DNA of 32,000 bases, taken from Thermodesulfobacterium commune DSM 2178 (GTDB taxonomy: Bacteria; Desulfobacterota; Thermodesulfobacteria; Thermodesulfobacteriales; Thermodesulfobacteriaceae). Each line of letters starts with the position of its first letter. Positions within the stretch are counted from its first letter, which is position 1. The stretch lies in assembly GCF_000734015.1 (NCBI RefSeq), contig NZ_CP008796.1:360001-392000 (forward strand), in the 5' to 3' direction. The notes beneath the pieces were generated by a model, which did not search any database, had not been told where the DNA came from, and saw only the letters and a program-made list of their open reading frames with translations. Below are positions 7,915 through 15,620 of this stretch, piece after piece. The position numbers and the translations under genes were made by a program.

Positions 7915-8750
7915 GGATAAGCCTAATGTATGATGTATATGGAGTAATAGGATATCCTGTTAAACATTCTCTATCTCCGGTTATTCATAACTTAGGGTTT
8001 AAACTTTTGGGACTTAAGTCAGTTTACGGCACTTTTGAAGTCTCTCCTGAAAACTTTGAACAAGCAGTCATAGGAATCAAAGCCTTAGGAATTCAAGGAT
8101 TATCTGTAACAGTTCCTTATAAAGAACGCATTATGAAATACTTAGACGAAATAGATAAAACTTCTTCTGAAATAGGGGCTGTAAATACGGTTGTGGTAGA
8201 AGAAGGGAGGCTTTTAGGTTTTAACACAGATTGGATAGGGGTGTTAAGGGCTTTTGAAGAAAATGGGATAACCTTGAAAGGCAAACAAGTGGTAGTAATT
8301 GGTGCAGGAGGGGCGGCTAAGGCAGTAGTTTATGCGGTAAAAAAGGCTGAAGCAAAAGAAATAGTGATTTATAACAGAACTTATCAAAAGGCGGTTGAAC
8401 TTGCTCAAAAATTTGGTGGTGTACCCAAACCTTGGGATGAGTTAAACAAGGCTGAAGGAGAGATTATCATCCAAACCACAAGTGTAGGATTAAATTCCAA
8501 AGAAAGTGTAGTTGGACCAGAGGTACTTTTAAGGTTTAAGGTTGCGATGGATTTAGTTTATTCACCCCTCAAAACCACTTTTTTGACCTATGCTGAGGAA
8601 AAAGGTTGTAAGGTCATAGACGGCCTTCAAATGTTATTTTATCAAGGTATTGAGCAACTTAGACTTTGGACTAAAAAAAGTTTATCTCAAGAAAGTTTAT
8701 CTATCATTCAAAAAGAGCTTTATGCCGAAGTACAGAGGAGACAAGCTTAA
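7911..8750 (+). CDS. aroE: Shikimate 5-dehydrogenase
   Basis: GYPVKHSLSPVIHN, SVTVPYK, GFNTDWIG, GAGGAAKAV. The start is either TTG 7911, overlapping the aroD stop as TTGA, or ATG 7926. Confidence 0.9.
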   Translation: MRISLMYDVYGVIGYPVKHSLSPVIHNLGFKLLGLKSVYGTFEVSPENFEQAVIGIKALGIQGLSVTVPYKERIMKYLDEIDKTSSEIGAVNTVVVEEGRLLGFNTDWIGVLRAFEENGITLKGKQVVVIGAGGAAKAVVYAVKKAEAKEIVIYNRTYQKAVELAQKFGGVPKPWDELNKAEGEIIIQTTSVGLNSKESVVGPEVLLRFKVAMDLVYSPLKTTFLTYAEEKGCKVIDGLQMLFYQGIEQLRLWTKKSLSQESLSIIQKELYAEVQRRQA

Positions 8751-10033
8751 TGAAAAGTGTTAAACCTATACTTCCTCTAAAAGGTTTAAAAAAAATTGAG
8801 ATAGAATTACCTTCTTCTAAGAGTTTAACCCAAAGGGCTTTGATTTGTGCTTCCTTAGCAGAGGGGAAGTCTCAACTGGTAAATCCTTTGATAAGTGAAG
8901 ATACCTTGCTTTTAAAAGACGCTTTGGTTGCTACTAACATAGAGGTTAAAGTAGTTGAGGAAGAAAAACTTTGGGAGATCAAGGGAAGTTTTCCTCCTTT
9001 ACTTTCAGGTGTAAAGGTTTATTTAGGGAATAATGGTACAGGTTCAAGATTTTTCTTAAGTTATGCCTGTTTAGGGAAGGGAAGTTTTATAGATATTTAC
9101 GGAAAGCCAAGGCTTCATGAAAGACCGGTAAAACATTTGGTAGAGGCTTTAAGAAAATTAAACGCAAAAATCGAATGTTTAGAAAAAGAAGGGTATTTTC
9201 CTATACGGGTAAAATCAAACGTTCTCAGGTCTGAAAACATCGTCTTACCAGGAGATGTGAGTAGTCAGTTTGTGTCTTCGTTATTGTTAATAGGGCCTTA
9301 TCTTCCTAACGGTGTAGAGATTTTGATAGAAGGACCATTTTTCTCACGTCCTTACGTAGAGATTACCTTAGAGGTTATGAAAGAGTTTGGAGTTGAGGTT
9401 TATGCTGAAGAAAGATATTTTAAGGTAAGTCCTGGTAGGTATAAACCATCGGTGTATGAAGTTGAGGCTGATGCCTCAAGTTCTTCATATTTTCTAGGTT
9501 TACCTTTGATTTTAGGTGAAGGAGAGGTAGTAGTCAAAAACTATAATTATTTTTCTAAACAAGGAGATACTAAGTTTATAGAGTTTATCAAAAAGATGGG
9601 AGCTTGCGTAGAACCTCTTTATCCTAAAGGTGTAAGGGTAGCTTTTAAAGGAAGACCTAAGGCCGTAGAACTTGACTTAAAGGATACCCCAGACCTTTTT
9701 CCTACGATGTGTGTTTTAGGGGCTGTAGCTGAAGGCAAAACGATCCTTAAAGGGGCTCCACATCTTAGGTTTAAAGAAACAGACCGTATAAAAGCTATGG
9801 TGACTGAATTACAGAAGATAGGAGTTAATGCTCAAGAACTTCCTGACGGAGCTGTGATAGAAGGTACCCAGGATTTTCAGCCCGCAGAGATAGAAACTTA
9901 TGATGACCACCGAATAGCTATGTCCTTTGCCCTTTTAGGGTTAAAGACCGGAAAGATTAAAATAATAAACCCTGAATGTGTAACTAAATCTTTTCCTGAT
10001 TTTTGGGAATATCTGGAAGCTCTTTATGGATAA
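8750..10033 (+). CDS. aroA: 3-phosphoshikimate 1-carboxyvinyltransferase (EPSP synthase)
   Basis: 427 aa. LPSSKS.TQRAL, LGNNGTGSRF, DHRIAMSFALLGL. The ATG overlaps the aroE TAA by 1 nt (TAATG). Confidence 0.93.
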   Translation: MKSVKPILPLKGLKKIEIELPSSKSLTQRALICASLAEGKSQLVNPLISEDTLLLKDALVATNIEVKVVEEEKLWEIKGSFPPLLSGVKVYLGNNGTGSRFFLSYACLGKGSFIDIYGKPRLHERPVKHLVEALRKLNAKIECLEKEGYFPIRVKSNVLRSENIVLPGDVSSQFVSSLLLIGPYLPNGVEILIEGPFFSRPYVEITLEVMKEFGVEVYAEERYFKVSPGRYKPSVYEVEADASSSSYFLGLPLILGEGEVVVKNYNYFSKQGDTKFIEFIKKMGACVEPLYPKGVRVAFKGRPKAVELDLKDTPDLFPTMCVLGAVAEGKTILKGAPHLRFKETDRIKAMVTELQKIGVNAQELPDGAVIEGTQDFQPAEIETYDDHRIAMSFALLGLKTGKIKIINPECVTKSFPDFWEYLEALYG

Positions 10034-10568
10034 GGTGTTATTAATAGGTTTTAGGGCGGTAGGCAAAACTACCGTAGGTAGACTCCTTAGTAGAGCTTTA
10101 AATTGGGATTTTATAGACACAGACCAAGAGGTTCAAAACATTTCCGGGAAAACGATAAAAGAGATAGTCGAAACCGAAGGATGGGAGACTTTTAGGAGGA
10201 TTGAAAAAGAGGTTTTGGTGAGATTGGTTGATAGAAAAAAAATAGTGATTGCTTTAGGTGGGGGAGGAATTTTACATCAACAAGAAATCAAAGCTTTAAA
10301 ATCAAAAGCATTGGTTGTATGGCTTAAAGCCTCACCTGAAACCATTATAGAAAGAATGCTTAAAGATGAAAAAACCCTAAAAGAAAGACCTAAGCTTACC
10401 TCTGAAGATTTAACTTCAGAGGTTCTTCAAGTTTTAAAATTGCGAGAGCCTTTATATCGTGAGTTTGCAGACTTAAGTATAGATACCGAGCAAAAGTCTC
10501 CAAAAGAGATACTGGATTTAATCCTTAAACAATTGAAAAACCAAAATATGGTAGGGGAAATTATATGA
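10026..10568 (+). CDS. aroK: Shikimate kinase
   Basis: P-loop GFRAVGKTTVG followed by D.D (FIDTD), ETFRR.E and LGGG motifs. Overlaps the aroA end by 8 nt. Confidence 0.85.
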   Translation: MDKVLLIGFRAVGKTTVGRLLSRALNWDFIDTDQEVQNISGKTIKEIVETEGWETFRRIEKEVLVRLVDRKKIVIALGGGGILHQQEIKALKSKALVVWLKASPETIIERMLKDEKTLKERPKLTSEDLTSEVLQVLKLREPLYREFADLSIDTEQKSPKEILDLILKQLKNQNMVGEII

Positions 10569-11212
10569 AGATAGAAAGGTTAATTGTAGGAAGTTTTGAG
10601 GTTTGCTGTTATATCGTCTATTGTGAAGACACCAAAGAAGGAGTTATCATAGACCCTGGGGCAGAAGACCCAAGAATTTTAGAGTTAATTAAGACTTTGG
10701 GTATTAAGGTAAAAGTTATTTTAGGTACCCACGGACATCCTGATCATGTAGTAGGTGTTTCCTTTTTGAAGGAAGCTTTAAACGTTCCATTTGGGTTGCA
10801 TGAGGAAGACGACAGGTTTTTTCAAGATAAAAACAATTTTTCTTTTTTTAGGTCCTGGGGTTTTCCAGAGAATCCAAAAGCAGACCTTAGGTTAAAAGAA
10901 AGTGATGAAATTGTTTTTGGAAAGGAGAAAATAAAGGTCATACATACGCCTGGACATTCTCCTGGGTCGATATGTTTTTATAATCAAAAAGAACAGGTTT
11001 TGTTTACAGGAGATACTTTGTTTGTGGAAGGGGTGGGGAGGGCAGATTTACCAGGGGGTAATTTTTTTCAGATGATGGACTCTATCAAAAAAAAGATCTT
11101 AACCCTACCTGAGGAAACCTCTATTTTTCCAGGACATGATTATGGATCTAAACCTGTATCTACGATAGGAGAGGAAAAGAATAACAATCCCTTCTTAGAA
11201 GAAATTTTATAA
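10565..11212 (+). CDS. MBL-fold metallo-hydrolase (glyoxalase II / GloB-like)
   Basis: HGHPDH (HxHxDH) metal motif, later TPGHSPGS and GDTLF. ATGA overlap with aroK. Confidence 0.85.
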   Translation: MKIERLIVGSFEVCCYIVYCEDTKEGVIIDPGAEDPRILELIKTLGIKVKVILGTHGHPDHVVGVSFLKEALNVPFGLHEEDDRFFQDKNNFSFFRSWGFPENPKADLRLKESDEIVFGKEKIKVIHTPGHSPGSICFYNQKEQVLFTGDTLFVEGVGRADLPGGNFFQMMDSIKKKILTLPEETSIFPGHDYGSKPVSTIGEEKNNNPFLEEIL

Positions 11213-12514
11213 CCTACCTATTCCTTCGTAGCTAAACCCTAAGGATTTTACCACCGAAGGTTCATAAATATTTCTCATGTCTATGATTAGAGGATTTTTC
11301 ATCACCTTTTTAAGTTGAGAGAGGTCTAAAAATCTGAATTCATTCCATTCGGTAAGAAGTACCAATCCATGTGTTTCAGCAGCACAGTTTAAAGGATCAG
11401 AGGCATATTCTATGTTAAGTCCTTTGGCAGCTATTTTAAACTCTTCCATAGCTACAGGGTCATAAACCTTTACTTTTGCCCCTTTTTCTAAAAGTACGGG
11501 AATGATAGATAAAGCAGGGCTTTCTCTGACATCGCTTGTATTAGGTTTAAAAGAGAGTCCTAAAACTCCTATAGTCTTATCCTTTAAGTCTCCTAAAAAT
11601 TTTTCTAATTTTTCTATTACTCTTAGTTTCTGTTTTTCGTTAACTTCTATTACTGCTTCAAGGAGTCTAAAAGGTGAACTTACTTTTCTTCCTTGATGGA
11701 TAAGAGATTTTACATCCTTAGGTAGACAGGAGCCTCCAAACCCAGGCCCAGGATTTAGAAATTTAGACCCTATTCTTGGGTCTATTCCTATACCTTTAGC
11801 TACAGTAGTCACATCAGCTCCTACTTTTTCACAAAAATTGGCGATTTCATTGATAAAAGAGATTTTAGTAGCTAAGAAAGCGTTGGTTGCGTACTTGATA
11901 AGCTCAGCTGTTTCAAGGTTGGTTATGATAAAAGGAGTTTCTGCTAAATATAAAGGACGATAAATGTCTTTTATGATAGCAATGGCATAGGAACTTTCCC
12001 CTCCGATAACCACCCTATCTGGATGCATAAAATCTTCTACAGCAGAGCCTTCTCTTAAAAATTCAGGATTAGAAATTATATCCACAGCTACAGAGGTCTT
12101 TTTGTTTGAATCTATCAAGTTTTTGATCCATCTGTTGGTTCCTACCGGTACCGTACTTTTGGTAACGATAACCTTATATTCATCGATGATCTCGGCTAAA
12201 GATAGAGCTACTTCTTTTATTTGGGAAAGGTCTGCAGAGCCATCAGGATTAGGAGGTGTTCCTACACAGATAAAGACTACCAAGGAATTTTTCACTGCCT
12301 CTTCTAAGTTTGTAGTAAAAAACAGTCGATTTGCCTTTACGTTCTTTTTTACCAATTCTTCTAAGCCAGGCTCGTAAAAAGGTATGATCCCATTTTTTAG
12401 CTTGTTTATTTTTTCTTCGTCTTTATCTACACAAAATACTTTCATTCCAAAGTCTGCTAACCCTGCACCAGAAACTAACCCTACATATCCTGTCCCTATG
12501 ATGGTAATGTGCAT
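11207..12514 (-). CDS. ugd: UDP-glucose 6-dehydrogenase
   Basis: 435 aa. N-terminal Rossmann motif GTGYVGLVSGA, catalytic-Cys motif GGSCLPKD, and C-terminal UDP-binding domain. Confidence 0.9.
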   Translation of the reverse strand: MHITIIGTGYVGLVSGAGLADFGMKVFCVDKDEEKINKLKNGIIPFYEPGLEELVKKNVKANRLFFTTNLEEAVKNSLVVFICVGTPPNPDGSADLSQIKEVALSLAEIIDEYKVIVTKSTVPVGTNRWIKNLIDSNKKTSVAVDIISNPEFLREGSAVEDFMHPDRVVIGGESSYAIAIIKDIYRPLYLAETPFIITNLETAELIKYATNAFLATKISFINEIANFCEKVGADVTTVAKGIGIDPRIGSKFLNPGPGFGGSCLPKDVKSLIHQGRKVSSPFRLLEAVIEVNEKQKLRVIEKLEKFLGDLKDKTIGVLGLSFKPNTSDVRESPALSIIPVLLEKGAKVKVYDPVAMEEFKIAAKGLNIEYASDPLNCAAETHGLVLLTEWNEFRFLDLSQLKKVMKNPLIIDMRNIYEPSVVKSLGFSYEGIGRL

Positions 12515-12542
12515 CTTTTACCTCTTAAGTCAGTAATTTAAA

Positions 12543-13655
12543 TTATGAACGTTTTTTTTGAGTGTTAGAATCCTTAACCGTTATTTTGGTATTTTTTTTC
12601 TTAGTTTTAGCCATCTTTGTTTTTAGCTTAGAAGTTTTTTGGGTTTTTAGGGCCAACGTTTTGTCTTTCCTGTTCTTGGTAGTTTTTTGGGCGAATTTGT
12701 TAGATTTTTTAGAACTTTTAGCTACCGATTTTGCTTTGAAAATTTTGCTTTTAGATACATGATGCATCGGAATTTGTGAGGTTACCACTGTGTTAAGATA
12801 TAAAGGTTCTGCTTGGTTTTCTAAAACTAATCTGCTAAACTTGATTAGTTCTTTAGAATCACGCCAAAGGCTTTCTCTTGAAGGAGCTCCAAGTACAGAG
12901 GTTATGATTAAACGATTGTTAAGCTGAAAAGCTGTTACCAAACAATGTTTAGAAGCCCTGGTAAAACCAGTTTTTCCACCTAACACATAACCTTTTAACT
13001 CTGGATCTTCTAAGAGGTTGTTAGTGTTTTTAAGTACAAGCACCCTTCCGTTTTCAGAGGCTATAATTTTTGTAGGAGTATGGATGATTTCCTTTATTAA
13101 AGGATACTTAAGAGCTTGATAAAGAATCAAGGATAATTCATAGGCGGTGGTATACTGTCCAGGAGCAGGTAACCCAGAAGCAGAAGTAAAATGAGAATTC
13201 TTTAATCCTAATTCTTTTGCTTTTTGGTTCATGTAAAGAGTAAAGTTTTCTTCAGAACCTGCCACTTCCTCTGCCAGAGCTACCGCAGCTTGGTTAGAAG
13301 ATTTCATAAGCAGTAGATACAGAAGGTCTCTTACTGTGTAAACTTCTCCTTCTTTTAAAAGAGGGGCAACACTCTGGGTTTCAGCTGCATTTTTAGAAAT
13401 GGTTACTTTTTTGTTTAAAGAGAGTTTGTCTAAAACCACCATTGCTGTAACCAATTTTACCGTGCTTGCAGGAGGTATTCTAAGGTTAGGATTTTTGGCA
13501 AAAAGAACTTTTCCTGTAGTTGCATCCAAAGTAACGGCAGTTATAGCGCTTATTTCAGATAAACTGTTAATCTCTTCCGTTAATCCTTGTTTTCCAAAGA
13601 GGATTAAGCAAAAAAACAGTATTAACCCTAAAAATTTTTTTATATTTTTTTTCAT
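12543..13655 (-). CDS. Serine-type D-Ala-D-Ala carboxypeptidase (PBP5/DacA-like, peptidase S11) with signal peptide and a lysine-rich C-terminal tail
   Basis: Signal-like N-terminus MKKNIKKFLGLILFFCLILF. SxxK (ASTVKL), SxN (KSSNQ) and KTG (GKTGFT) motifs. The last ~80 aa are K/T/S-rich low complexity. Confidence 0.85.
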   Translation of the reverse strand: MKKNIKKFLGLILFFCLILFGKQGLTEEINSLSEISAITAVTLDATTGKVLFAKNPNLRIPPASTVKLVTAMVVLDKLSLNKKVTISKNAAETQSVAPLLKEGEVYTVRDLLYLLLMKSSNQAAVALAEEVAGSEENFTLYMNQKAKELGLKNSHFTSASGLPAPGQYTTAYELSLILYQALKYPLIKEIIHTPTKIIASENGRVLVLKNTNNLLEDPELKGYVLGGKTGFTRASKHCLVTAFQLNNRLIITSVLGAPSRESLWRDSKELIKFSRLVLENQAEPLYLNTVVTSQIPMHHVSKSKIFKAKSVAKSSKKSNKFAQKTTKNRKDKTLALKTQKTSKLKTKMAKTKKKNTKITVKDSNTQKKRS

Positions 13656-13901
13656 TTTTTCTCCTCCTTTTTTTACCTTTTAATTAAATTTAAAGCTAAA
13701 ATTTAAAAAACTTTAAAAGCTTTAAAAAATATAGTTAAAACTTCAAAGATTTTTTAAAAATTACCATAAAAAACCAAAAAAGTCAAATATTAAAAAACGA
13801 TAAAACTTTAAAAAAAACAAAGAATGGTTAAAATTTAATAAGAAACAGGGTTTATTTAACTAAATTACTATATTATTACGACTATTTAGAAGTTTCTGAT
13901 T

Positions 13902-15620
13902 ATGAAAAACAAAGAAGTAGCTGATATCTTATCTAAGGTAGCAGCCCTTTTAGAGATAAAGGGGGATAATCCTTACAGGATTAGGGCTTATCAAAGGGCA
14001 GCTCAAGTTATAGAGTCTTTATCTCAGGATGTAGAAGTGCTGGCTCAAGAAAATAAGTTGGAAAAACTTCCTGGAATTGGTGCAGATTTAGCAGGTAAAA
14101 TCAAAGAGATTTTGCAAACAGGAACCTTAAAACTTTATGAAGAACTAAAGTCAGAAATACCACCGGTGCTTCTTACTTTTTTAGAAATCCCAGGACTTGG
14201 GCCAAAGAAAGTAAAGGTGCTTTATGAAAAGTTAAACATTTTAAGCTTAGACGAGTTGGAAAAAGCCTGTAAAGAGCATCGATTGGCTAAACTTCCTGGT
14301 TTTGGAATAAAAACCGAAGAAAATATTCTAAAAGGAATTAAACTTTTTAAAGAAAAAAGAGGAAGAAGGCCTTTAGGAGAAATTTTACCTATAGCAGAGG
14401 AAATAGTCCAAACTCTTAAAAATATAAGTCCTGTGGAACAGATTGCTATAGCCGGAAGTATAAGAAGAAGAAAAGAAACTGTCAAAGACATCGATGTGCT
14501 TATTACGTCTCAAAAGCCAGAGCAGGTAATGAAAAAGGTCACTGAACTACCTTTAGTGGAAGAGGTAATAGCCTTTGGAGAAACTAAAACAAGCGTTAGG
14601 TTAAAAATAGGTGTTCAAATGGACATAAGGGTAGTGGCTCCTGACTCTTGGGGAGCGGCTTTAGCTTATTTTACAGGTTCGAAGGCCCATAATATTAGAA
14701 TAAGAGAACTTGCCTTAGAAAAAGGTTTAAAAATAAATGAATATGGAGTTTATAAAGGTGAGACTAAAATTGCTGGAAAGACTGAAGAAGAGATTTATCA
14801 AGTGTTAGGTCTTCCTTTTATACCTCCTGAACTTAGAGAAGATCGTGGCGAAATAGAAGCAGCTCTTGAAGGAAGATTGCCTAAGTTGGTAGAGTATCAG
14901 GAAATAAAAGGAGATGGACATGTACATTCAAAATATAGTGACGGCACGGCAAGCTTACCAGAAATCGTTCAAAAAGCTGAAGCAATGGGGCTTGAATGGG
15001 TGATAGTTTGCGATCATTCTCAAGGATTAAAAGTGGCGGGAGGTATACCTGTAGAAGACCTTTTTAAGAAAAAAAGAGAAATAGAAGAAATAAACAAAAG
15101 GTCCAAAAAGGTTAAACTGATTTTTGGAGCAGAGGTAGACATACTTTCAGATGGTTCTTTAGACTATCCTGATGAGGTGTTGAAAGAGATAGACTTTGTG
15201 ATTGCTGCTATCCATACAGGTTTTCAGCAATCTGAAGAAATAATTACCCAAAGGATTATCTCTGCTTTAAAACATCCTTTAGTTCATGCGATAGCCCATC
15301 CTACAGGTAGGGTCATCGGAGAAAGAGAACCTTATGCCATAAACCTTCTCAAAGTAATAGAAGTAGCTGCTCAATACCAAAAAGCTTTGGAAATAAACGC
15401 TTATTATAAAAGGTTAGACCTAAATGATGTCAACGTAAGAGCAGCCATAGAAAAGGGAGTTCCTGTTATCATAGGTACTGATGCACACTTTATAGATCAG
15501 ATGGATTATATACACCTGGGGACAGCTACTGCAAGAAGAGGTTGGTGTGAAAAAAGACATGTTTTAAATACTCTTTCTTATTCAGAGCTTATATCTTGGT
15601 TAAAGAGGTTAAGACCATAG
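13902..15620 (+). CDS. polX: Family X DNA polymerase with C-terminal PHP phosphoesterase domain (PolX)
   Basis: 572 aa. HhH motifs (LPGIGADLA, IPGLGPKK), the Pol-beta catalytic segment GSIRRRKETVKDIDVLI plus MDIRVV, and a PHP domain beginning GDGHVHSKYSDG. Confidence 0.9.
   Translation: MKNKEVADILSKVAALLEIKGDNPYRIRAYQRAAQVIESLSQDVEVLAQENKLEKLPGIGADLAGKIKEILQTGTLKLYEELKSEIPPVLLTFLEIPGLGPKKVKVLYEKLNILSLDELEKACKEHRLAKLPGFGIKTEENILKGIKLFKEKRGRRPLGEILPIAEEIVQTLKNISPVEQIAIAGSIRRRKETVKDIDVLITSQKPEQVMKKVTELPLVEEVIAFGETKTSVRLKIGVQMDIRVVAPDSWGAALAYFTGSKAHNIRIRELALEKGLKINEYGVYKGETKIAGKTEEEIYQVLGLPFIPPELREDRGEIEAALEGRLPKLVEYQEIKGDGHVHSKYSDGTASLPEIVQKAEAMGLEWVIVCDHSQGLKVAGGIPVEDLFKKKREIEEINKRSKKVKLIFGAEVDILSDGSLDYPDEVLKEIDFVIAAIHTGFQQSEEIITQRIISALKHPLVHAIAHPTGRVIGEREPYAINLLKVIEVAAQYQKALEINAYYKRLDLNDVNVRAAIEKGVPVIIGTDAHFIDQMDYIHLGTATARRGWCEKRHVLNTLSYSELISWLKRLRP

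Noticed and set aside
7911-7926. Possible frameshift or fusion between aroD and aroE, as in bifunctional AroDE enzymes.
   Set aside because: The two ORFs are in different frames with a clean TGA. aroE has its own plausible starts (TTG 7911 or ATG 7926), consistent with ordinary translational coupling.
11207-11212. Convergent MBL-hydrolase and ugd genes end on abutting stop codons within the palindrome TTATAA, with zero intergenic space and no terminator.
   Set aside because: This is real but reflects genome compaction rather than a functional element. Nothing further can be inferred from the sequence.
12543-12790. Nucleotide-level repetitiveness (runs of ttttt / tttag) at the 3' end of the carboxypeptidase gene, considered as a tandem repeat or separate small gene.
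   Set aside because: It is the reverse complement of AAA/AAG Lys-codon runs within a continuous ORF. There is no unit-length periodicity, and the antisense ORF 12562-12762 is a shadow.
13684-13901. AT-rich 246-bp spacer considered as oriC, a CRISPR leader or a prophage att site.
   Set aside because: There are no DnaA-box-like 9-mers, no dnaA nearby, no downstream repeat-spacer array, and no integrase or tRNA flank. It is more simply a divergent promoter region.
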